Source of the DNA: Podarcis bocagei
Lineage: Eukaryota
Assembly (NCBI GenBank): GCA_964188305.1
Contig: OZ076888.1
Reading direction: 5' to 3' (one strand)
DNA: 64,000 bases
In this document: positions 23,771-34,537 of the stretch, in pieces
Position numbering within the stretch: the stretch's first letter is position 1
How the letters are laid out: each line of letters begins with the position of its first letter
The notes under the pieces: model-generated
The model's input: only the letters and a program-made list of their open reading frames with translations
Databases searched by the model: none
What the model was told of the DNA's origin: nothing
Position numbers and translations under genes: made by a program

Positions 23771-24912
23771 GGGGGGCCCACTAGGGGGCGCATTGGAAGA
23801 TGGCTGACAATAACATCTCTCCAACCCACACGAGGTAATTTGGAGGCTATGATGGGGGTAATTAGCCTCCTTAACCCCCCCCAGGATTGTGGGGGGGGCG
23901 GCCCTTGCCTGCTGTGCCCTACACCACCCCCGAATTTGTGGGGGTGGGGGCACTAGGCACAAAGCCCTCCTGTGGGATTTCGGCACTCCTGAACGCCGTC
24001 CCTGATTCGCGCCACTAGATGCAGAACTTCAAAGGAAACAATTTGGATGAAAGGAATGCACATATTTCAAGAAAGAAGGGGGAGTAAAGACTGCTAACAG
24101 AAGAGATCTCTGACAAAACAAGATAAGAATAAAACATGAGAAGATAAGCCAAGACAAGGTACGGCAAATGACTGATGGGGGAGGGGGAAAAAACCTCTCC
24201 CTTCTTTCCCTATGTGATTAAACAAGAATCCCCTCCCCTCACGAGTCAGAAATGTCGTTTTAAGGACTTAAGCTGTGGATTTAAGGCTGTGTGGAGATAA
24301 ACTTTCGAACCAAAGCATGTTTTAAGAAGAGCGAGGAATGTATAAGAGCTTGGGAATGACGCAGTTAAAAATGCCGTCGCCATATTGGGAAGTTCTGTTG
24401 GAGGTCTTGAGTCTGGGAGGAGAAAGAGAGAAATAGAGCTGTTTATATATTGTGGGTTAAACTCCTCAGTGGGACTCAGAGCGACAGTTTTACGAGACTA
24501 TGATGGAAAGAGTGATGTTATCTATGAAGGAGACGATATATGGAAACCATCTCGATTTGAGGATTGGAAGAACGGAAAATTCACACAGGACTATTATTAC
24601 TATTGGTTTTATCGGCTTAAGGAGACTATCAGAAGAGATCATAAAGAAAAAAGAGAAAATATATGAACAAGATGTGATGTGGAAACAGCAAGATAAGATG
24701 GGATAGAACTATGAACTTTGTTTGGACTGATTTGGACTGATTGGGACATTAACGCAGCAGCAAGATGATGATGATCAGAATCCTCCTTCGGATCTTGAAA
24801 TATGGGTCCCCCCAACAAAATTTAAAATTCGGCTTTGTAATTCAGAATTTATGTGATATGATTTAATTTGATGTGATTGGCCAGTTAATAAAATTATTTT
24901 TTTTAAAAAAAA
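23771..24912 (+). mobile_element. non-autonomous, apparently full-length retroposon mobilised by L1-type machinery
   Basis: 18-bp TSD GAGATAGGCTGCAGCCCT at 23753-23770 and 24913-24930; G-run start; GC/CpG-rich 5' region; AATAAA plus A-tail; no long ORF. Confidence 0.85.
23778..23804 (+). promoter_or_regulatory. CTCF core motif and YY1 motif at the retroposon 5' end (motif match only)
   Basis: CCACTAGGGGGCGC (23778-23791) and AAGATGGC (23797-23804). Confidence 0.55.
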
Positions 24913-27900
24913 GAGATAGGCTGCAGCCCTAACCCAATTTAAAATGGGAGTAAACCTCACTGAATTCAGTAGGACTTCCTTCTGGGTAGTCAAGGTTAGA
25001 ACCATAGATCACTTTGTGATGGGGCACTAAACACTACGCCTCTGAAAATTCTTTAGTGTTGAAAGGGAGCACACAGAAGGTAGTTGATTTGTAAACATCT
25101 GTTGATGGCTGGGATATGTGTGTCTATTGTACACTGTGAGATACGTAACCCCACCCCACTCCCAAAAAACAACTTATATTACTGCATCAGTAGCTGATGA
25201 AATAGAAGAAAGACATGCAAATAAACCAATTGCTGCAGAATGGAAAATAGCAGATGAAAGCGTGAATGACTTTTGGAAAAGATTGAGTCTTGTTTATTCA
25301 TACATCCATTGCATCGTATCTCATGTGAACCACGTTACCCAAGATCTTAGATTGTGGACGAGCTCTGATGGGAGAGTAATGGTTTCTACCAGTTAGTTTT
25401 GTGCTTCTATATGAAAGACATATGTTAAGAATGTTACAGAAAATGCTTTGATATAATTTATTCTTTCACTAAGCCTTTGAATATTGTAGTTAAAATGGGT
25501 CAAGAGACAGAAAATAAGGTGACCCCAATGAAAGAGAAACTGTGTAATATTTTTCTCAGGGACTCAAGGATGTGCTGGTAAACTTGACAGGTATTTTTCT
25601 CATTTTAGACCTGGCTATATGTAATTCTAGGCTTTACTTGTAGGGATAATATAAATGATGATTCAACGGTAGATACAATATGTATAATTCTAGGGAATTA
25701 AAGTATATTCGTGCTATACTAATAAGGATACCTTCTCTAAAGTACAGTAGCTTATAAAGTAAAGTACCTTTTTTCTTTTTTCTTTTTTGATGAAACATTC
25801 TTTCCAGCCTGGCCAGTAGAAGGGAAAAGAATTATTACTTTAATTAGGTTGAATCTCTCTTAATTCTTATTTCTTTTACAGGAATCTTAATCCTTTCTCT
25901 TGTAACTCTTTATTTCAAGATAGCACAAGCTGTTAAAACCTAATTATTTCTCTGTATCATTACTTTAATTTCAATTTATTCAGAAACCCTTTTAAAATGC
26001 TGTGTAATTTGAGCATATTGTATTTTCTATTTTATGATTTTCAGTAAAACTTGTTAAAATTCATTTCTGACCTTGCTTTATTTCCTGGGGAAGTATTTAG
26101 CTCTCTGTTCTTCTAACAATAAGAAAGTTCTGGAGACAAACAGTGCTGTGGAAATTAAAAGTGCTCATGGGGGCTGCTTTGATAGCTAGGGCTCCTTAGT
26201 CACTATAACTTGGTGTTACCACAAGCCTCTCCTCTGTGCTTACTCTGACCTCTAGTATCAATGATATATTCTAGAGTCTACAGAGGCATTTTGGAACATT
26301 CATCCTCCTTATGAGCAGACACAGTAGCCCATCTGGTCTGTGAGCTGAACATCACCATTCCTGTCTCTGCTCATCCACAGTATCTTTCTACCATTTGAGT
26401 TTGTGCCTACTATTCCTTGCACACAGAAAAATCTGCTTGGGGCTGATCCCATTCTGGAATTGCTTTTCCAGAACCAGAGACATGGTTTTCCAGAACCTCA
26501 TCCATGGGAAACATGGGAGGCAAAAGATTTTTCATGCATGCAATGACAGAACTTACTAGATTCACAAATGCTTGCTAAAACGTTTTAAACTCATATAACT
26601 ATTGTGTTATCCAGCATCACAGACTAGTATACTGAATGCTGTGCATGGTACATATTCATCATATGAAACTTCAGATATCTTTGAGGCTCAGGTACCAAAT
26701 CTGAATTTATTCATTTACTGGATTTAAAAATATAATAATATTCTCATTCATTAACCCAAAAAATGGGGGGGGGGAGCATAGAGCCAAAACATACCATTTT
26801 TCCAGAGGCATGTGGAATGAAAAGTCTTCATGTAATTAGAAGGCATATTATGTTGTAGAATGCCAATTTAAATTTCAACTGTATGGATTAAAACAAAATA
26901 CTGACAAGTGTCACTCGCCCTGACTGAATACCTTTCACAAACTTAAGCAGATGGCAACACTCTGGATTGTAAGTACAGTAAGCCCGCAACCTACACTCAC
27001 TTTAGTTATGCCAACGCTACCTTACGTGGGCAACCAACCAACCAACCAATAAATAACGAAGAAAAATGCAGGGGAAATAAGGGGAAATCAACAACAGAAG
27101 GGGACTGGAGAGCAGGAAACAACAGTTGGCAATCCCATCAGCCACTGCACTCATTTTCCACCAATGGTTGGTGTGGTAGAGGTAAAAGTGAGTAGAGCAA
27201 TATATGAGCATTCTACTTTTGTGTAGTAGGCTAGTTTTTACATCCACTCACAAAACTGAGTGTTTCCAATAGGTGCTACATGCTGACTCCTAGTGCCAGT
27301 GAAGCCTCTGACATCAGTTGACTTCAGGCCTCTTCAGCATGTGGAAGAGCTAAAATATGGCAGTTTCTCAGTCCCTCCTCTTGTACTGCAGTGATAATTA
27401 TAAACAGCTCAAGGATCGCATGCAGGTAGCAGAAAGATTAAGCTGCCAGTGACACAACAGATGTGAGAAACGCACAGGTTTTCACTGAACGTCCGTGAGC
27501 ATGCTCCAAGTAAAGTTAAATTCAAAGAAGCTTCCATACATCAACTAATATCGACAGGGTTATGAATGGCGATTATGAGACTCAATGTCACAGGACAGTT
27601 TAAGTGACAGGTAAAAAAGTAAGGTGAAAAGATCTGTGCTATATTTTTTAACCAAAAATGTGCAATCTCATTTATAAAGATGAGCAAGAAGTATTTCCAG
27701 CTGTAAATATATTCATTGAATACATCTTGATTTAGAACTTGAACTGCTTGGATTGCTATGTGTCAGCTCCTTGCTGTCAATCACACAGCTTTATAGAACC
27801 GTGCTATATGATTGATACAGCTTGATGCAACATATCAAAACTGTACAAAATAAATAAAACTGGGGCGCATATGTTAAAACTGAAAGAGGTGAAACATGCT

Positions 27901-28424
27901 TATTTTATAAAGTGAAGTGAACTTTTTTTCATTTAACAATAGGAAGGTTGAAGAACTAAAAGCATGAAGATGAATTTGGAGCCAAGGGAGTCTGTAGGAA
28001 TTACTGTGGCTGATTAACCTGAAAGAGGGCTATAAGCAACAAAGAATATAGACTGCATTATGGAACAGTAACTCCTCAGTCAAATATAGCCTCCAAGAAG
28101 CCACCAGGCCCAGGAGCAGCCTACTTAGAAGCATCTGGTGAGGAAACTATGTATTCCAGAGCAAAATTTACAAGCAGGCTACTTTGAAGGGTGTCATAAT
28201 CTCGTTGCTGGGCAACAACTTGCAGAGTTCAGTGGAGGGAGAGGCCAGCCAACCAGGAGTGTCTCTGAGGTGTACTTGCCTGGAGGCAGAGTCATCATCC
28301 AAAGTCAGATCCAGTCTTAGGGTCGGGCACACAGCAATCTGCATGGTCAGATGGTCCAGGGGTCAGGAAATCCGATGATCAGAGGGTCAAGGGTCAAGAC
28401 TAGCAGGAAGCTAGTCAAAATAAG

Positions 28425-28619
28425 GTCAAAATAAAGACAATTCAAGACAAAGACAAATTTTTGGGAAGATACCAGGAGGACCTGCAGAAGGGGACTGTAA
28501 ACCCAATTGCAGAACAAAGGAGAGTATTAGATATTTTGAATCTTTCGTTTGGACAAAAACCACCACCATCAGAAGAAGAGCAACAACTTGGAGCTGTTGG
28601 AGGAGTCTCTGAAAAATAA
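28425..28619 (+). pseudogene. 3' remnant of L1 ORF1 (no start codon)
   Basis: Open frame VKIKTIQDKDKFLGRYQEDLQKG...GAVGGVSEK-stop, ending 4 nt before the ORF2 ATG; assigned by position. Confidence 0.65.
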
Positions 28620-28623
28620 CAAG

Positions 28624-31600
28624 ATGGCGCTGCAATTCCTAAGCTGGAATTGTAATGGGCTCAATGGGCCTTTGAGAAGAAGACAAGTATTTCACATTTT
28701 GAACAGAGAACAACTGGATTTGATATGTCTACAAGAAACCCACATAACCAGAGCTCACAGGAGATTACTTACAAATAAAAGACTAGGACAAGAATTTATC
28801 TCATCAGATAAAGTAAAAAAAAGAGGAGTTGTGATATATGTGAAAGAGAAATGGACTCCAAAAATGATGTTTAAAGATGAACAAGGGAGATATCTGGCAG
28901 TAGAGATACAAGTACAAGGAGAAAAACTTTTAGTTGTTGGAATCTATGCACCAAATGAAGGCAAATCTGACTTCTTTAAGAGACTTCATGAAACCCTGAC
29001 GGACTATTTGGATTATAATATGATAATCATGGGAGACATGAATGGTGTGGTCTCCACTAACATGGACAAGGCACAAAGACTAACAGTTACTAAGGAAGGG
29101 AGACTTCCTAGGACCTTTTTTGAAATGACGGAAAACATGGACTTGATAGACATATGGAGAACAAGGAACCCTCTGGAGAGAGAGGGAACCTTTTTCTCCC
29201 AAGCAATGATGACCTGGACCAGAATTGACCAAATTTGGATTACTAGTGGTATGGCTCCATTGATTAAGAAGGTGGAAATCTGCCCAAAAACTTGCTCCGA
29301 CCATAACGCCGTGAAGATGGAGATGAAACTTACAACAACTGGTCAATTTAGATGGAGAATGAATGACACCCTCTTTCGAGATAAGGAGATCCTTATGAAG
29401 GCCCAAAAAACTTTAAAAGACTATTTTGAAATAAATTTGAGGGCCGATGTGGAGAAAAGAGTGATCTGGGACGCAAGTAAAGCGGTGATGCGAGGTTTCT
29501 TGATTCAACAAAACTCAATAAAGAGGAAAAAACAAAATGAGAAAAAAGAAAAGATTTTGGAAAAGATAAAGGAAGGAGAGAAAAAATTAAGAACAAAACC
29601 AAAGTCCCAGGAGATTTTAAGAGAGATTAAGTTATATCAAACACAATATATGGAATTGATGAACCAAGAGATTGAATGGAAGATAAAGCAAATGAAACAA
29701 AAGACATTCGAATCAGCAAATAAATGTGGCAAACTTCTGGCATGGCAACTGAAGAAAAGGCAGAAATTAAATACAGTTACAAGCCTAGAAGTGGATGGGA
29801 AAAATATATCTAAACCCAATGAAATCAGAAATTGCTTTTTGAGTTATTTCAAAAAACTTTATACTCAAGGCCCGCGAAACGAAGAAGATATAGATAAATT
29901 CCTTGATAAATATGGATTACAAAAAATCTCTCATCAAAGTAAGATGGATCTGAACCAGAGAATAACAGAACAAGAGATAGAGGCTGCCATTCAGAATATG
30001 CAACTGGGCAAATCTCCAGGACCAGATGGACTGACTTCCAGATACTACAAATCGCTGAAGGAATGGTTGATTCAACCACTAAAAGAAGTTTGCAATGAGA
30101 TCCTTGAGGGAAAAAAGGCACCTGAATCGTGGAAAGAAGCATATATTTCACTCATACCAAAGACAGAGACTGAAAAGACCCAATTGAAGAACTACCGCCC
30201 AATATCACTACTTAATGTGGATTACAAAATTTTTGCAGACATTTTGGCAAAAAGATTTAAAAAAGTGCTGATGGAGAAGATTCATAAGGACCAAGCAGGC
30301 TTTCTCCCAAAAAGACACCTAGCAGACAATGTAAGGAATATAATAGATATTTTGGAAAAGCTAGAGGTGAATATAAACACTAAAGCAGTATTGATTTTTG
30401 TGGACGCGGAGAAAGCCTTTGACAATATTTCTTGGAGTTTTATGATAAAGAATCTTCATGGGATGGGGGTAGGCCAAGGTTTTGAGAATGGTATGGAGGC
30501 AATATACTCTGAACAAAAAGCTAAGTTGATTGTAAATAATGTAATAACTGAGGAACTTAAGATAGAAAAAGGAACACGACAGGGGTGCCCAATTTCTCCA
30601 TTACTCTTCATTTCAGTTTTGGAGGTGTTGCTGAATATGATTAGAAATGACCAGCAGGTTAAGGGAGTGCAGGTCGGAGCTAAACAGTATAAGTTAAGAG
30701 CATTTGCAGATGACCTAGTATTGACTTTGCAAGAGCCAAACACTAGTACGAAAAGGGTCTTAGAAATAATCCAACTGTTTGGCCAGGTGGCTGGATTTAA
30801 GTTGAATAAACAAAAAACCAAAGTTCTAGGAAAAAACTTAACAGATATGGAAAAAGAGGAATTCCAAGAGGAGACAGGGTTGATGGTGGTTAAGAAGGTT
30901 AAATACCTAGGGGTTTATTTGACATCCAAAAATGTGAATTTGTACAAGGATAACTATGAAAAATGTTGGTCAGAGATTAAAAAAGATCTAGAAATATGGT
31001 CAAATTTGAAATTGTCAATGTTAGGCCGAATTGCAGTGATTAAAATGAATGTATTGCCTAGAATGTTATTTTTGTTCCAGACCTTGCAGATTCTGGATAA
31101 GATGGAATGTTTCAAGAGGTGGCAGAAAGATATTTCGAAATTTGTCTGGCAGGGCAAAAAGCCCAGAATCAAATTTAAAATATTGACAGATGCTAAAGAA
31201 AGAGGGGGTTTTGCCTTGCCGGACTTGAAATTGTACTATGAGGCAGCAGCATTTTGCTGGCTGAAAGAATGGATGCTCCTCGAAAACACAGACATCTTAG
31301 ATCTGGAAGGCTTCAACAATGCTTTTGGTTGGCATGCATATCTATGGTATGATAAAATCAATAGTGCCTTTAAAAATCATATTGTTAGAAAAGCATTGTT
31401 CAATGTTTGGATAAGATATAAAGATCTGTTGGAAAACAAAACCCCTAGATGGGTGTCACCAGTGGAGGCCAAGGCAGTGAAGAAACTCAATATGGAGGTC
31501 GGATGGCCGAAGTATTGGGAAATTTTGGAACAGGATGGAGATAAGTTCAAATTACAAAGTCATGAGAAATTGAAACATAAGGTACAAAATTGGTTTCAAT

Positions 31601-32355
31601 ATCATCAAATAATGGAATTTTTCAAACAGGATAGGAAAATTGGCTTCCAGATGGAAAAATCAAAACTAGAAACTGAATTGTTAGAACCCAGTACTAAGAA
31701 TTTATCTAGAATGTATAACTTGTTGCTGAAATGGAATACACAGGATGAAACAGTCAAATCAGCTATGATTAAGTGGGCACAGGATGTTGGTCATAACATT
31801 ATGTCAGCTGACTGGGAAGGGTTATGGAACACCGCTATCAAATTTACGGCATGTAATGCCTTAAAGGAAAATATTATGAAAATGGTATACAGGTGGTACA
31901 TGACCCCAGTCAAGCTGGCAAAAATTTATCATTTGCCCGATAACAAATGTTGGAAATGTAAAGAGACTGAAGGTACCTTCTACCACCTTTGGTGGACATG
32001 CCCGAAGATTAAGGCTTTCTGGGAAATGATCTATAATGAAATGAAAAAGGTACTTAAATGTACCTTTCCTAAAAAACCAGAGGCCTTTCTCCTGGGCATT
32101 GTCGGCCAATTGGTGTCAAAGAGGGATAGAACTTTCTTTATGTACGCTACAACAGCAGCAAGAATACTTATCGCGAAGTATTGGAAGACACAAGATCTAC
32201 CCACTCTGGAAGAATGGCAGATGAAAGTGATGGACTATATGACATTGGCCGAGATGACAGGCAGAATCCGCGATCAACGAATAGAGACGGTGGAAGAAGA
32301 ATGGAGAAAATTTAAAAGCTATCTTAAGGACTACTATAAACTTAATGAATGTTAA
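28624..32355 (+). CDS. L1 ORF2p: APE endonuclease, reverse transcriptase and C-terminal CCHC region, 1243 aa
   Basis: SWNCNGL, LQETH, YAPN, GDMN, RIDQI, SDH (APE); KSPGPDG, YRPISLLNVDYKI, DAEKAFD, GTRQGCPISP, FADD, YLG (RT); CWKC-x7-HLWWTC. Confidence 0.97.
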   Translation: MALQFLSWNCNGLNGPLRRRQVFHILNREQLDLICLQETHITRAHRRLLTNKRLGQEFISSDKVKKRGVVIYVKEKWTPKMMFKDEQGRYLAVEIQVQGEKLLVVGIYAPNEGKSDFFKRLHETLTDYLDYNMIIMGDMNGVVSTNMDKAQRLTVTKEGRLPRTFFEMTENMDLIDIWRTRNPLEREGTFFSQAMMTWTRIDQIWITSGMAPLIKKVEICPKTCSDHNAVKMEMKLTTTGQFRWRMNDTLFRDKEILMKAQKTLKDYFEINLRADVEKRVIWDASKAVMRGFLIQQNSIKRKKQNEKKEKILEKIKEGEKKLRTKPKSQEILREIKLYQTQYMELMNQEIEWKIKQMKQKTFESANKCGKLLAWQLKKRQKLNTVTSLEVDGKNISKPNEIRNCFLSYFKKLYTQGPRNEEDIDKFLDKYGLQKISHQSKMDLNQRITEQEIEAAIQNMQLGKSPGPDGLTSRYYKSLKEWLIQPLKEVCNEILEGKKAPESWKEAYISLIPKTETEKTQLKNYRPISLLNVDYKIFADILAKRFKKVLMEKIHKDQAGFLPKRHLADNVRNIIDILEKLEVNINTKAVLIFVDAEKAFDNISWSFMIKNLHGMGVGQGFENGMEAIYSEQKAKLIVNNVITEELKIEKGTRQGCPISPLLFISVLEVLLNMIRNDQQVKGVQVGAKQYKLRAFADDLVLTLQEPNTSTKRVLEIIQLFGQVAGFKLNKQKTKVLGKNLTDMEKEEFQEETGLMVVKKVKYLGVYLTSKNVNLYKDNYEKCWSEIKKDLEIWSNLKLSMLGRIAVIKMNVLPRMLFLFQTLQILDKMECFKRWQKDISKFVWQGKKPRIKFKILTDAKERGGFALPDLKLYYEAAAFCWLKEWMLLENTDILDLEGFNNAFGWHAYLWYDKINSAFKNHIVRKALFNVWIRYKDLLENKTPRWVSPVEAKAVKKLNMEVGWPKYWEILEQDGDKFKLQSHEKLKHKVQNWFQYHQIMEFFKQDRKIGFQMEKSKLETELLEPSTKNLSRMYNLLLKWNTQDETVKSAMIKWAQDVGHNIMSADWEGLWNTAIKFTACNALKENIMKMVYRWYMTPVKLAKIYHLPDNKCWKCKETEGTFYHLWWTCPKIKAFWEMIYNEMKKVLKCTFPKKPEAFLLGIVGQLVSKRDRTFFMYATTAARILIAKYWKTQDLPTLEEWQMKVMDYMTLAEMTGRIRDQRIETVEEEWRKFKSYLKDYYKLNEC

Positions 32356-34401
32356 AGTGTTCTGGTTTTCAGAAACAAAGGGATACAGTGATATAAGGTC
32401 AGAATATAGAGAGGACTACGATGACAGAGGCGGAGAGTAACAATAGGGAGTTGCTATAAAATTATGGACACTGGGATGCAGAAAGGGGGGGTATGGGGAA
32501 GTCCGAGAAAAGAGGTTTATGAAAATAGGTGATGAAACTATACATGTATGTTTGTTCTTTTAAGTGTTTGTTTGTTGTTTAAAACTTTGTAAAACCAATA
32601 AAAATTTTTATAAAAAAAAAAAAGACTAGCAGGAAGCAGCAAGGTAGGACCAGGAAATACAAGCACTGTTACTGGCATCTGACTGCTGCTGGAAGCTCTG
32701 CTTAAGAAGGCTGTAGCCAGCTGGTCCTTATCCGTGTCTTCTCCTCAGTGTCCTTGAAGGCTGATCAGTTGCAGGTGGGAGTCACTCCACCTTCTCCCCC
32801 TTCAGACAGGCAAAGCTGACTCCTGGCCCCATGACAGAGGGCTAGAGGTTGAGATGTTGGTCCATCTCACACTTCTCAAAGTGGCCTCCAGGAACATGAA
32901 TGGTCAACCAGAGGACTATACCATATGAAAGAGAGAATGCATTGGACCCAGAGAATGCCCACAGAAGGTGGCAGGGGGAAGCCAACTTTCCTTATTCCCA
33001 TCTATGCCCCCTGATCCTGCCCCTTTACAAAGTCTCTCCCAAATGTTAGAAGACCTTGCAGAATAGGGAGGCATGCAGCACAGAGGTTGAGAGAAAAGGG
33101 GATTCCTGAAAACCAGGCAATGCCAGCTTCTGCAAGCAGGGACGCTGGTCACAGAAGGTGCCTCTGCCTGATTTGGGGGGAGGGATATTGTGTGTCGACA
33201 GGAATGTTTGTCCCGATGCGTATCAGCTGGTATCTGCAACAACGGCAAAAGCAACAAATCTGCTTCCACATGTGAGTGCCATTTGCCAGAGCGGGCATCT
33301 GTCTACAGCATTTCATATGCTTCAACTTCATGGTGAGTGTGGGTGCCTTTCAAGTCATATCTCCTACAATGCAGGTTCCTTGCTGTTAATGTATTCAGAT
33401 TTTAAAGACCCTTACATATGAAGTGTAACTCTGTGCAAACTCAAAGCCAGGTAGGAGTGGTCCCAGAGGAGTGAGGAAAGTCACATGTGTGCAATTTAGT
33501 TTCCAACTTCAAAGCAGGTTCCAATTCTTAAACTTCATAGAGGGCTTAATTTGCGAGGAAAAACCTGAGGCACCAGATTTATATGAGCTGATTATAAATT
33601 GCCCTTAATCTTATGCACATATATACTGGCAACACAGTGCTTGGAAGAGAAAAACAACAGTGCTGTCTGTGGCTATAAACTCAAGATGGGCAGACGAGGA
33701 AAGAAAATGATATTGAGTGACCACCTGGTAATTTCACTTCAACAGTAGTTTATTTGGTCTTTCATTTATTTGCAATTTGCCAACAAAATACTTCCCCCAA
33801 AGGCCCAAAATGTGCATCAGTTTTTAAAACAGACTTTTTATATATTTTAACTCCCCTTTAGCTGGCCAGGCTCAAAAACAAACACACAATTATTTTTTTA
33901 AATGCCCTTAGATATTTTGTGTGTGTGTGGTTTCTCTGCTTTGTTTGTGATTAATCTACTGTTCATCCATCCCGGTTCAGAAAGTTTTCATTGCTGCTTT
34001 GTTTGCAACTATTACATTTTGCATTGTTCTCTCATAATATCTTTGGTTTAATATTTGGCCTTATAGTTCTGAACCAGCCCTGCAGGATGGGCAGATTAAG
34101 ACTAGGATGGTCTGTCCTTTAGGCTAATGGGTTCCAACTGATTATTGAATGCCTTTGGGTTTGTTTTCCAGTAGGCAGAGCATTGGAAAGAAGCATTCTA
34201 TTGCAGCTTGGCTTTGATATGTGTGCTGCACAAAACTGTTTGTCTGGTTTGCTAGTGTGTCCATGGGCCCAAAAAGGTTGGTAACCCCTGAGTTTATCAG
34301 TGCTACATTGCCTTTCACCTATCATACAAACAGATGGAGCTCATTTTATCCCATTTGTTTCCTCCACAGACATGTTTACATACAAGTACATGAGCACAGG
34401 C

Positions 34402-34537
34402 CAGCCTTCACTAGCCTGGTGTGCTCCAGATATTGTTGGACTATAATTCTCACCATTCCTGACTGTTGGCCATGTTTGCTTGGGCTGATGGGATCTGTAG
34501 TCAACAATATCTGGAACATACAGGTTGGGGAATGCTG
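34402..34537. mobile_element. palindromic hAT-type MITE
   Basis: CAGCCTTC...GAATGCTG ends; 8-bp flanks GCACAGGC/GCATAGAC (6/8). Confidence 0.7.

Larger units (their letters stand above)
28412..32621 (+). mobile_element. L1-clade LINE, 5'-truncated within ORF1, ORF2 complete
   Basis: 16-bp TSD AAGACTAGCAGGAAGC at 28396-28411 and 32622-32637; 3'UTR with G-rich tract, AATAAA and poly(A). Confidence 0.97.
28192..32836. mobile_element. solo LTR (about 419 bp, Gypsy-like) split by the L1 insertion: 28192-28411 plus 32638-32836
   Basis: TGTCAT...ATGACA inverted termini; 5-bp flanks AAGGG/GAGGG. Confidence 0.7.

Noticed and set aside
24385-24706. 93-aa and 68-aa ORFs in the non-autonomous retroposon
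   Set aside because: No recognisable domain and the longer one has a non-ATG start; cannot be supported as coding without a family consensus.
25118-25396. Protein-like ORF (ADEIEERHANKPIAAEWK) and a CTGATGA...GAAA motif at about 25194
   Set aside because: No recognised homology or convincing splice sites, and no stem II, so not a hammerhead.
28549-28623. N-terminal 25 aa of the 1268-aa ORF in the track
   Set aside because: It starts at TTG and overlaps the ORF1 remnant in another frame; the APE domain begins right after the ATG at 28624.
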